A stretch of DNA of 64,000 nt from Amphiscolops sp. MND2022 (taxonomy: Eukaryota), in the NCBI GenBank assembly GCA_964187785.1, contig OZ076409.1, positions 434,001-498,000 of the forward strand. The letters run 5' to 3'. The notes beneath the pieces were generated by a model. The model did no database searches. It was not told where the DNA came from and saw only the letters and a list, made by a program, of their open reading frames with translations. This document shows positions 1 to 10,205 of this stretch, piece after piece. The translations under genes were made by a program, and so were the position numbers. The number at the start of each line of letters is the position of its first letter. Position 1 is the first letter of the stretch.

Positions 1-239
1 ATGTTCGAAAAGCTTTTAATTTACACATGTTTACCTTTTCACTAAATGTCTACAATCACGATTGAGAGAAACAAAAGACTCAAGTTTACACAAACACCAA
101 GATGACATGAAGTTTTAAGAATTGATGAAAACTCAATAATGACAGTCACACAATGCACAAAATAAGGTTAGACAAGAGGCGCAGTAGCAGTTATAGTTTT
201 CGTATAGTTGGTAAAGCTTCAAAGATTGCAGCATTTCAT

Positions 240-620
240 GTGTGAATAGGATGCAAGCTACTGACCCTACTTACAGGACATTTTTTTCCTTTATCAAATA
301 TCATGGATCTTCGTCATCAATCAAGTGCCATGTGTATCATCATGTTGCAGGGAGAAGACACACATGTTGGTTGAATGGCTTGGCGAAACTATCGATAATG
401 TTGGATCTCACAAAGACCTCGGCCTTATCATGTCAACTATGCTAAACTGGAATGCGCATGTTCAGGAGCGGCTATTAAAAGCTAACAGAGCATTTCATTG
501 TCTCAAGACAAATATACCATCAAAGCAAACTTCATCAAAGACTTAACTGAACATGTTTTACAGCTTGGTCAACCTTGTATTTACCTATGGCTCAGTCATA
601 TGGATACCCAATTTGAGTCT
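240..620 (+). mobile_element. Decayed LINE (CR1/L2-type) reverse transcriptase C-terminal fragment
   Basis: Frameshifted peptides ...KDLGLIMSTMLNWNAHV...KANRAF...FYSLVNLVFTYGSVIWIPN match the LG/W..H/Y.S.VW.P region after LINE RT domain 7; interrupted at ~620 by a CRE element. Confidence 0.7.
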
Positions 621-902
621 GATTTCTTCGAACGCATCTCTGTCGCTCACAGTTCCTAGAACACAGGCCGCATGCCAATCTGAAGAGCCATTGAAATCCG
701 TTGCTTCAAAAAACCTTCAGCTCGTTGATCGTCGTGCGAACGACAGAGCATTTTACAGAGACGCGTGATGAAAATTTCGCTGCACTCGCCTAAAGAACCC
801 TGTACTTCCAAGGCCACTGGCTGAAAAATGTATCCATTGTCTATTAATTCGCGATACTTCTCAATTTTACGCGCTTGAGCCTCAGTGGCGGTGGTTCCCG
901 GG

Positions 903-1598
903 GGGTGGGCGGAAATAGGTCGAAGGAACGGGATCGAGAATCAGAGTTATACCAGATCGACATACCAAATTTTTGAATGGGATCGAAACAACTCGGATCG
1001 AAATTTTTATAACGTAGTCAGATATGTTCACATACTCCTAGTGCCCTGAATGCAGGAGCGAAGCGACGTGCCATATGGCCATGCCTCAAGGTTGCTACTT
1101 GGCGAAGGGAGCGAAGCGACCGAGCCATACAACAAAGGGTGGCTGTAAATAGGTCGAATTTTTCTGGTCGAAAGGACTGAGGTCGAACCTTTTGATCGAA
1201 TTACAGGGATCGAATGGAATGCGGTCGAATTTCATCGTATTTGTTGTATGGCTCGGTCGCTTCGCTCCCTTCGCCAAGTAGCAACATTGAGGCATGGCCA
1301 TATGGCACGTCGCTCCGCTTCGCTTCGCTCCTGCATTCAGGGCACTAGGGGTATGTGAACATATCTGACTACGTTATAAAAATTTCGATCCGAGTTGTTT
1401 CGATCCCGTTCAAAAATTTGGTATTGTCGACCTGAGGACTAACTCTGATTTTCGATCCCGTTCCTTCGACCTATTTCCGCCCACCCTACAACAAATACGA
1501 TAAAATTCGACCGCATCCCATTCGATCCCTGCAATTCGATCAAAAGGTGCGACCTCTGTCCTTTCGACCAGAAAAATTCGACCTATTTACAGCCACCC
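903..1598. mobile_element. Mutator-like MITE (outer copy) with 9-bp TSD
   Basis: Imperfect TIRs GGGTGG..AAATAGGTCGA / TCGACCTATTT..CCACCC; flanked by GTTCCCGGG at 894-902 and 1599-1607; splits the CRE coding sequence. Confidence 0.85.
1137..1486. mobile_element. Same MITE family, inverted copy nested inside the outer copy
   Basis: 350-bp full copy in reverse orientation flanked by TACAACAAA at 1128-1136 and 1487-1495. Confidence 0.85.
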
Positions 1599-2428
1599 GT
1601 TCCCGGGTCGCATAAAGAGCCTCGATTCAGGCCAATGGGAGCAAGAGCATCGACAACCGTGACATCCCACACCAGCTGTTTACCCATTTCCCAAGGAATC
1701 ATGGTAACACCGTCTGGGCGTTTGCCATCAGTTCGGTACAGTCCACGCGGTTCGAGCATTGAAGGCAAGTCGAGAGATCCGAGCGTCTGCTTTATGAGGG
1801 AATTGAGAGTAGCATGACGTGAGAAGCGACCAGCACTCTTGGTGCAAGAAGGACCGTGTAAACTGTCCCGTTCAACTCTTTTGCGACAGTGGCACGTATG
1901 CGCAACGCAGATGTTGGCACCGAGACGCAAACCAATTGAAATACGAAGTTGCTGATCATCAAGTATCAGGCCTAGGTTCTGCAAGGAATGACGTTCAACC
2001 ATTGAGACCCGACTTTACCTTGATGGGCGTTGAAAACTTTCGAACATTTGCCATCCATTCTAGAAATCAAATCTTGGGCGGTTTTGACGTAGACAGGTTG
2101 TGTCCAATTTTTTTGAGTTCCATCGAGAGGACTTCTCTGTTCATTCGTCATACTCAACCACTTCTCAAGCGCTTTTGTAAACGAAACATCTTCGATTGTT
2201 TCCGAGAAAATCATTGTGAGACAGTCACTCGCACCAAAAGCTGAGACCAGAAAGGCGGGAGGTGCTATTAGTGATGCGGATGAAACCCCAAGACCACCCA
2301 ATTCAGCGGGCAGAGCCAGCTGAGGACTCGAATTATTGTCGAAGTTCACGTTACACACTTCGGAAATTCCGTCGCGCACGGTTTTGTCATATTTCTCCAA
2401 GAGAGCTGGATGATTAAAACATGTACTG

Positions 2429-5150
2429 TCAAAGTAGCTTGCTGATGATGTTTTTCAATTTTCGCTCACATCACCCCCACGCCGGAAATGCCCATTTTAT
2501 CACTTCCGGTCGCAATTTTCGACTTTTATGGATGAAGTCAGAGCCTTTTTCCGGTGTGAAGGCGTGGGCTGAGCGCGCCAACAGCTATATACTAAAAGTA
2601 GGTTTAGACAAAGTCCTTTCAGGAACATCATCATTTGAGACCCCATCTATCACCCCCTCACCGGAAATAGGGGTCACGCCTCCTTTTTCTGTGTTGCAAA
2701 AGTGACATGTGCACATTTGGCCAACTCTGAAGCCCCGGAGCAACGTGGGACCCTAGTCTTTCTAAACACCTATCCCGCACGCTACCGGTAGTGACCGGGA
2801 ATTCCACCGGAAATGACATACTTGGACCGGAAATGGTCAAAAAATGACTTTTTCAATGCAAAATAGACGCTTTTGGTGCAATGTTTAGGCAAAACCATAG
2901 ATCGTGAAACGCTTGTTGCAGTTGAAAGGGCCGTTGTTCAACGAGAATCCGATCGGCATTACGTAGCACATCAAGTAGTTGATAATTATGTGTCCATACT
3001 ATCCATAGGACCAAAACTGGCCATTTTTCAATTGTAAACATCTTCAACTAAATTTTTAACGGGTTTTTCCGCCATATTAGCGTTCGAATTGCCCGTCGGA
3101 TGCTGTAGGTCAATTTTAAAACTAGCTGACTACTTCTTAGAACATGTATAGCAGAAGTCCTAATCCCTTCAGATGACCGGAAATGGGAGTAATTGCCTCC
3201 TTTATGACTTGTGAAGGTTAACTGGTTAAAATCTGGAAATTAATTTATTCCACAATTGTTGCTGAGATTATATCTAAGCAATGACATCTGCTGGTCATGA
3301 AGTGCTGTTATGTGGGAGATACAAATATTGCTTTTTAATAGTTTTACATACATGAATATCCGCCGTAATAAAGATTTTTTGAATCAACTATTTTTTGAAG
3401 TCCTACAGATTGTCCGCAAACCCGGAATAGTTTAAGTTTCTAGTTTCGATTTCAGGCTTCCGCGATTACTTAGTTGAGATGGTGGTTTTCAAGTTCTCTG
3501 CAAAACGTGAATTTCATTGTGTTTTTGACATTTATTGGGCTGTTTCACATTGTAATTCAAAACTAATGGATGAAACAATTTGGAACAATCAAAAATTTTC
3601 AATTGAACAAAAAGTGTTTTAATAATGCGTTTTCGTTGAAGTTACTTTTTGTGGCCCCTTAGAACAGGTTGAATTAGTTGAAAGTAGCCAGTGCGATACA
3701 TCGTTTAATGCAAAGTGTTTGACATCGGTTTTTTCCGAACAAAAAGACAAGCATGATTTGTTAGAAGTTATTACCATATCGCTTCAAGTCGGGTGTGACA
3801 AACAATGAAACTCCCGTTTTAATTGCTACTTCGAAAACAACGTGAAGACGCAAACCAATTTATTGAAATATGGAGCTGAAATTAAGCATTTCAAGTCGGG
3901 TTCAACCTAATTCTTTCACTCCGGACAATTTTCATGTGGCAAGAGTGATAAAGCGTGTTAGGCAGGTTAAAAACATCCAACCATTGTAATAATAAAGCCT
4001 CCAGTGAGAAAAAAAAAGGAAATAGTTTTTCTGCCAAAACAGTGATAACCACGTACAAAACATCAAGTTTTTGTATTGTTCAATAGTCCAAAACTTGGAT
4101 GATTTTTTTTAAAATATCCAAGAGTCCCCAATCAAGCATGCGTTTCAAATGTCCCACAGGGCAGCATCGTTTTCAAACCACAGTGCTTTCCAATGTGGTT
4201 TCAAACTGGCAAAAAGAACACAGGTTTAACCACGTTCCTAAAATTCCTGCAAAACAACCGATTTCTTTGAAAGACCTATTTGATTCCTCAGGGTATATGG
4301 CGAGAACCCTGTTGGGTTCCAAAGTTGATGAGCTGTTTTCTTGGGTTCGCGAGATAAGTTACAACGGAAATCTGAAAGCAGGTCGTCTCAATAAAATACC
4401 CGTTGCTCTGCAAACGAATGGACTTAAGTAGTCGAAATTTTTCCCAGACACCTTTGATCTGAAAATGTTTGAGTCCTAACATGCGAATCAGGTTGGTTTC
4501 AGGTGGCTCGAAGTGCCAACTGAACCAACCTTTCAAATAACGAAAAACTCCGCACCTCCCTTCATGCCACGCTACCCCGTATAGCGTTTCAACTTGACAG
4601 AAATTGGAACGTTGGATTTGAGCGTCGATTCGGATTGTCGCACCAGTGTTGATACCAAATTTGGCAAACAGAAATCGCAGAAATGATTGTTTTTCTTTTT
4701 CTTTGATTTAGTCTGTCGAGCGTACAAAGCAGTTTGGGAAACTAACTTGCATTTCCCATGAACGAAAAGAAAAAGTTGTAACCTTGAGAACTACCGGAAT
4801 AAATTGAATAAGGGTTCCCTAATTGTGAGATCAGCTGTCATTTAATTATCAATTTCTGTTTTCACATTTTTAAGGTCAACTAATCCAACTTTGCTTCTTT
4901 CCCTTAGATAATGCAACGATATACTACTAGTCTGTACTCGTGAGAGAGACAACTTCCAGTACAAAATCGCCATGTAAATGGGTTTTCTAGTAGAAAGTTA
5001 TTTTCATACCCCCTGTGATTCAACTATAACCTGTTTGTAAAGAAACCTTTAACCCATTCAACTCTCAATCAACGCCCACCGTCCATAGGCATGCCGAGGC
5101 ATGCCTTTCGACGACGCGCGCTGAAAATAATATAAGGGCGCCACCCGCTT
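2429..5150. other. 2.7-kb non-coding insertion in CRE copy A flanked by a 23-bp direct repeat
   Basis: CTGGATGA(T/A)TAAAACATGTACTG at 2406-2428 and 5151-5173; CRE sequence resumes on both sides; no TIRs, LTRs or credible ORF seen. Confidence 0.7.
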
Positions 5151-6323
5151 CTGGATGAATAAAACATGTACTGGTTCTCAGGAAGTACAACATCTTTGGC
5201 AAACTGAAGCAATTTTTCAACATAAAAAAACCATAGTGCCCATCTAGTTTTTAAACAACCCCGTTACCTTTTTCCAGTTCTTTAATTTTCTTTTCCAATA
5301 GGTCTGCTTGTGATTTCGGACCGAGCGGTGAACCAAGAATGATAAGTTCATCTTTCTTTAGTGTTTTGATCCCGGGGCAAAGTTTTTGGAAAGATGCTAA
5401 AATTGTCGATCGTCTTTTTTCAGTGATGTCACCAGGGAAATAATTCACATTTCGTGGGTTTAATTTTGAGTCCCAGCGTTCTTTCCGCTTCAACATTTTT
5501 TTTCAAAACGGTTCTGTAATAATCATTTAATATTCCATCGTCATAAGGTACCATAAATTTATTTTCGACTCAAAACTGTCAATGAGATTATGAATGGAAT
5601 CCGAAAAAAAAGCTGGAAACTCAGGATCCACTTGCTGGGTCCCTTCACAAGATTTGATTACTGAATCACCGTAAAAAAAACTTGGCTTACTGTACGCCGA
5701 GTGTGAATACTTATAAACTTCAGGGTGTATTTCAAAAACTTTCTCTAGCATGAATTGCCGGTTTATCGAAATGAAAGCATTTTCAAAGTCAATTTTCATA
5801 ATAATGTTTTCTTTGGGCTGAGGGCTTTCTATCAAACAACAGAAAAAATTAGAGGCCAATTCAGCGCCCCTTTTGGTACCTACACCTACTTGTCGACTTC
5901 CATATCTTGCTTGACGTGATTCGAAGACATGGTATCCGGCACATTTTGCGGACAATCGGCGGAAAGTATTGCCTACAGCGATATGACGAGGTCCTCCATC
6001 GGGCCTCCAAATCGATATCTGTGGGGTCCGGAACAGAGCAAGTTTCCCTCTGCGGATGTTTCAGCTTAAGGGCAGCGTAGTTGTCGACTGTGAAATCTGC
6101 AACCTTGTCGTCGCCTACTGCCATTCTGATTCCGGCCTTAACATTACCTTCGTCTAATTTAGTGCAAATGGAACACAGTCGTCGATCTAACTCGCTTTTC
6201 TGCTGCGGTTTTCTGTCGCGTTTCGGTTTTTTCTCAATGACACCATCCCGAATACGCTTGTTGATAATTGCACTAAGTGATGACCTCTGACGTTTACCTC
6301 CTCGAGGTGGTTTTTCCAAAAAA

Positions 6324-6692
6324 TTAGCTCAGACAGGAGAGCAGTAAGCACCACAAGGCAATATTTGACGGGGTTTCACAAATATCATTAATTTTGGGTA
6401 TCAAATTTTCAGCTAGGGGGATCCCTGAATTTTTTGGAACTCTTTTCAAGTGAACAACGCCTAAATTAAAAAGGGTGTTTGGTCTAAAGTTATCATCCTG
6501 ACACTGAGGGATTGTGTTCACTAAAGAGCACCTACTACATTTAAATTCGGCAAGATTCCGGGCTTCCGTTCTTGATAAATTGGCGCATTTTATGTGAACC
6601 CATCCGTTGCAAAGCCTACAATATATCCAGTCTATCAACCCTGAGGGCTTCAGACACTTCGGAGCGTTGCAGGTTTCGTTGTTTTTCATCAC
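6324..6692 (-). pseudogene. N-terminal PHD finger segment of the CRE-element ORF
   Basis: C-x4-C...WIYC-x2-C-NGWVH-x2-C...FKC-x2-C (C4HC3) pattern. Confidence 0.8.
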
Positions 6693-6859
6693 AACTCAAC
6701 CTCGAAACCTAACCAATTGCAGGAATACCACGTTTGGGTGTGTGCCAATCTCCCCAAAAAACAATCACAACAGTGAAGCAATCCGTATATAGAACAAATT
6801 ATAATGAGATGTTTCAAGTGGATTTTTGGCGTCACTTCTACATACGAAAGTCAACTAAA

Positions 6860-7225
6860 AGCACACAAAGTTCTTCCCCTTTATTTCTCGAATATAACGT
6901 CCTTAGTCTCTTTATTAGCATATTACTAGGAAAGTACAGCGTTTCAATTCCAGACTACGAAGCACATTGATTTTGTTCTAGGCAGAAAGCGGAGGTCTTC
7001 ACACAATCCCATTAAATGCCTGACAACCCGGAATGGATTTTTCTCTCGTGCCGCAACCTGTTACAACTACCTCTATCGTCACGAAATTCTAGATGAGCCC
7101 ACACAAATAAGTTATAAGATAATCAAGAAGTTTTTGTTGGAAAAGCATTTTGTTTATGACAACCTTTGTACTTACTACATTTGTCCAAGTCATTCATGTA
7201 AAATTCTCACAAGTATAACATAAAT
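6860..7225 (+). mobile_element. Probable 3' continuation of the CR1/L2-type LINE split by CRE copy A
   Basis: Broken frame containing ...RNGFFSRAATCYNYL..., similar to the FFS.R....WN.L end of CR1/L2 ORF2. Confidence 0.45.
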
Positions 7226-7279
7226 TGTTATTACGTTTGAAATCCCTTGCGGGAATTGAGTCTTCATATCTCTCACACC

Positions 7280-7437
7280 CGTGGTCTGAATCGAAAGTAG
7301 GAAACCCCATACCAGCCACTATTCCAGTCGACCGGTAGAAAGTTTTTCAAGCTGCAAATGGTATAGAGGTTTAAAAAATTAGGCTATATGAAATGAATTT
7401 CTTTGAACGCATCTCTGTCGCTCAGAGTTCCTAGAAC
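7280..7437 (-). mobile_element. CRE-element 3' end and 3' tail fragment
   Basis: Reverse complement matches 11437-11570 and 11620-11655. Confidence 0.7.
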
Positions 7438-7520
7438 AAAGAGACATGATGACACAATGACCCACAACCGTTGGAAAAGCTGTGAACGCTGCCAAAGTCC
7501 AGAACCCAACTACTGACAAG

Positions 7521-8414
7521 AACAAGACGGGAACGTCTGAAATCGGCGCTATATCTAAGGCTCAAAAATTGATTCCGGACGTTTCTTCAAAAGACGTTTC
7601 GGCAGAAACATGGCGGCGGACGTTTCGGCAAAAAAAATATGCCGAAACGACTCAGGCTAAAAACATTTGCCGAAACGTTTCGTATGATATGTGGGGCAAA
7701 TCCGGTGAATGCACGCTCGCCCTCACCGTCGCAAAGACCAGCTCCCACTACGATCGCTTCGCGATCTCCGTTCCCGCTAGGTCTTTGCTCCTGTTCGACC
7801 TCGCTTAGCAAGATGGGAACATGAGCAGCCATAAGGGTCCGCGGGGCACTAGAGGAAAAGGGGACATATATCCGAGGCACGTTTTATGCTTTGCATCATT
7901 CCTAAATTAATGGTCTTATCGTTGTTCTTCAATTCCAGAATTCAACAAACTGGTATTCTACAAACAGGGCCTAACCAGTTTGTAGAAAACCAAAAACAAA
8001 ACTAAGATAATACGGGACGTTTCGGCATGAAAAATTTGCCGAAGTGTCTCGAGTTTTTTTGCCTAAACGTCTTGGCCGAAACGTCTTGGCCGAAACGTCT
8101 TGGCCGAAACGTCTTGGCCGAAACGTCCTGTTCCCACCCCTTGGCGACAAAAAAATTCGAAAAAGGTCGCACAGTGCCAAAAAAATTAAAGGCGGGACCC
8201 TGTAGCCCCTTCCGGTTTTGTATCTTACGTTAAAAATTGGGGACACGAAAGGGGGACCCTTTGCACAAACTTAAATGCGTTTCCGCTTGCCGGTCCAGTA
8301 GTTTAGTAGTTCTGTAGGAAAAGTGTCCAGTACGCATACATTCTGTGGTCTGACGAAAAAAAAAGTTGCCACTGTGATAGTCGGGCACAGTTTGCAAAAA
8401 TGCGCCGACTAAAA
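7521..8414 (-). mobile_element. Helentron/DINE-1-like non-autonomous element with a nested MITE remnant
   Basis: Ends AACAAGACGGGAACG..ATCGGCGCTATATCTAAGGCTC and GCGCCGACTAAAA are shared with other copies in the window; interior ~7575-8139 has CGTTTCGGC/GCCGAAACG repeats and ends in CCCACCC. Confidence 0.6.
8065..8127. repeat. 14-bp tandem repeat (AAACGTCTTGGCCG) x4
   Basis: Read directly from the sequence. Confidence 0.9.
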
Positions 8415-8560
8415 ACAAGGCGAGAAACCTTTTCTCTCTAAAAGTGACGCCAGAGAACTAGGTAAAAAGGTTGTTGTGATTGTCTTTTGGGGAGATTGGC
8501 ACACCCAAATGTGGTATTCCTGCAATTGATGAACAACAACGAAACCTGCAACGCTCTGAA

Positions 8561-9071
8561 GTGTGGCTCTAAGTAGGTCGAAGTTTTCTGGTCGAAAGGA
8601 CAGAGGTCGAAACTTTTGATCGAATTGCAGGGATCGAATGGAGTGCGGTCGAATTTGATCGAAACCTTCTTGTCAAAAACGTTCTTTGTTTGCCTCAAGT
8701 CGATTGACTATTATAATGTAGGGCATATGCTCTGTATGCACGCTCGCCCTCTCCGTCGCAAAGACCAGCTCCCTTTACGATTGCTTCGCGATCTCCGTTC
8801 TCGCTAGGTCTTTGGTCCTGTTCGACCTCGCTTAGCAAGATGGGAACAACAGCGGCCCCAAGGGGCCGCGGGGCACTAGAGGAAATGGGGACAAATCCGA
8901 GACACGTTTTGTACTTTCCTAGAAAATTCTATCTGCGGCAATTCGATTTTTTTTCCCAAAAACCAAAATTTCGATCCGAGTTGTTTCGATCCCATTCAAA
9001 AATTTGGTATGTCGACCCAGGGACTAACTCTGATTTTCGATCCCGTTCCTTCGACCTATTTCCACCCACCC
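8561..9071. mobile_element. Mutator-like MITE of the 903-1598 family with a different interior
   Basis: Same TCGA-rich termini; imperfect 8-9-bp TSD GCTC(T/C)GAA; splits the CRE PHD coding region. Confidence 0.7.
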
Positions 9072-10205
9072 GCTCCGAAATGTCTGAAGCCCTCAGGGTT
9101 GATTGACTGGATAAATTGTAGGCTTTGCAACAGATGGGTTCATATAAAATGAGCCAATTTATCATGAACGGAGGCCCGGAGCCTTGCCGAATTTAAATGT
9201 AGTAGGTGCTCTTTGGTGAAGACAATCCCTCAGTGTCAGGATGATAACTTTAGACCGGACACTTTTTAATATTCAGGCGTTGTTCACTTGAAAAAGTTCC
9301 TTAAAATTCACGGACCCCCTTAGCTGAAATCTTGATTCCCAAAATTAATACTATTTGTGAAACCTCTTCAAACATTACCTTGTGGTGCTTACTGCTCTCC
9401 TCTCAAAGCTTTTTTTTGGAAGCCCATCTTGAGGAGGTAAATGTCAGAGGTCATCACTCAGTGCAATTATCAACAAGCGTATTCGCGATGCTGTCATTGC
9501 GAAAAAACCGAAAAGCAGCAGAAAAGCGAGCTAGATTGACGACTGCGTTCCATTTGCACTAAATTAGACGAAGGTATTGTTAAGGCTGGAATCAGAATGG
9601 CATTAGGCGACGACAAGATTGCAGATTTCACGGTCGACAGCTACGCTGCCTTAAGCTTAAACATCCGCAGAGGGAAACTTGCTCTGTTCCGGACCCCACA
9701 GATATCGATTGTTTTTCAACCTCGGAGTTTTTCGTCCACAAAGCACTCATGTCCTTCCATGACTTCACATGTTTTTCGTTGTTTGATGGATAGCTCCCAG
9801 CCTAAAGAAAACGTTATTTTGGAAATTGACTTTGGAAAATTTTTGAAATCTACACTGAAGTTTATAAGTACTCACACTTGGCGTACAGTCAGCCAAGTTT
9901 TCTTTTTTTTACGGTGATTCAGTAATCAAATCTTGTGAAGGGACCCAGCAAGTGGATCCTGAGTTTCCAGCTTTTTTTCGGATTCCATTCAGAATCTCGA
10001 TGACAGTTTTGAGTCGAAAATAAATTTATGGTACCTTATGACGATGGAATATTAAGTGATTATTACAGAACCGTTTTGAAAGATCTCAAAAAAATTGTTG
10101 AAGCGGAAAAAACGCTGGGACTCAAAGTTTAACCCACGAAATGTGAATTTTCTTTCCTTGGTGACAACACTGATAAACGACGATCGACATTTTCAGCATC
10201 TTTCC

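Larger units (their letters stand above)
620..6840 (-). mobile_element. CRE-clade non-LTR retrotransposon copy A (PHD - RT - zinc knuckle - restriction-like endonuclease), decayed and carrying two insertions
   Basis: Minus-strand ORF pieces in the expected order: PHD (6324-6692); RT motifs QVGVG..GAE, KIDFENAF, EGTQQVDP, WYL, LGSPLG (5174-6319); GGLGV, CHC..H..C, RH, RPDG..WDVTVVD (1599-2428); 3' end at 620-893. Confidence 0.85.

Noticed and set aside
2429..5150. Canonical Helitron (starts TC, hairpin near the end)
   Set aside because: No CTRR 3' end, and a long TSD is present, which Helitrons do not make
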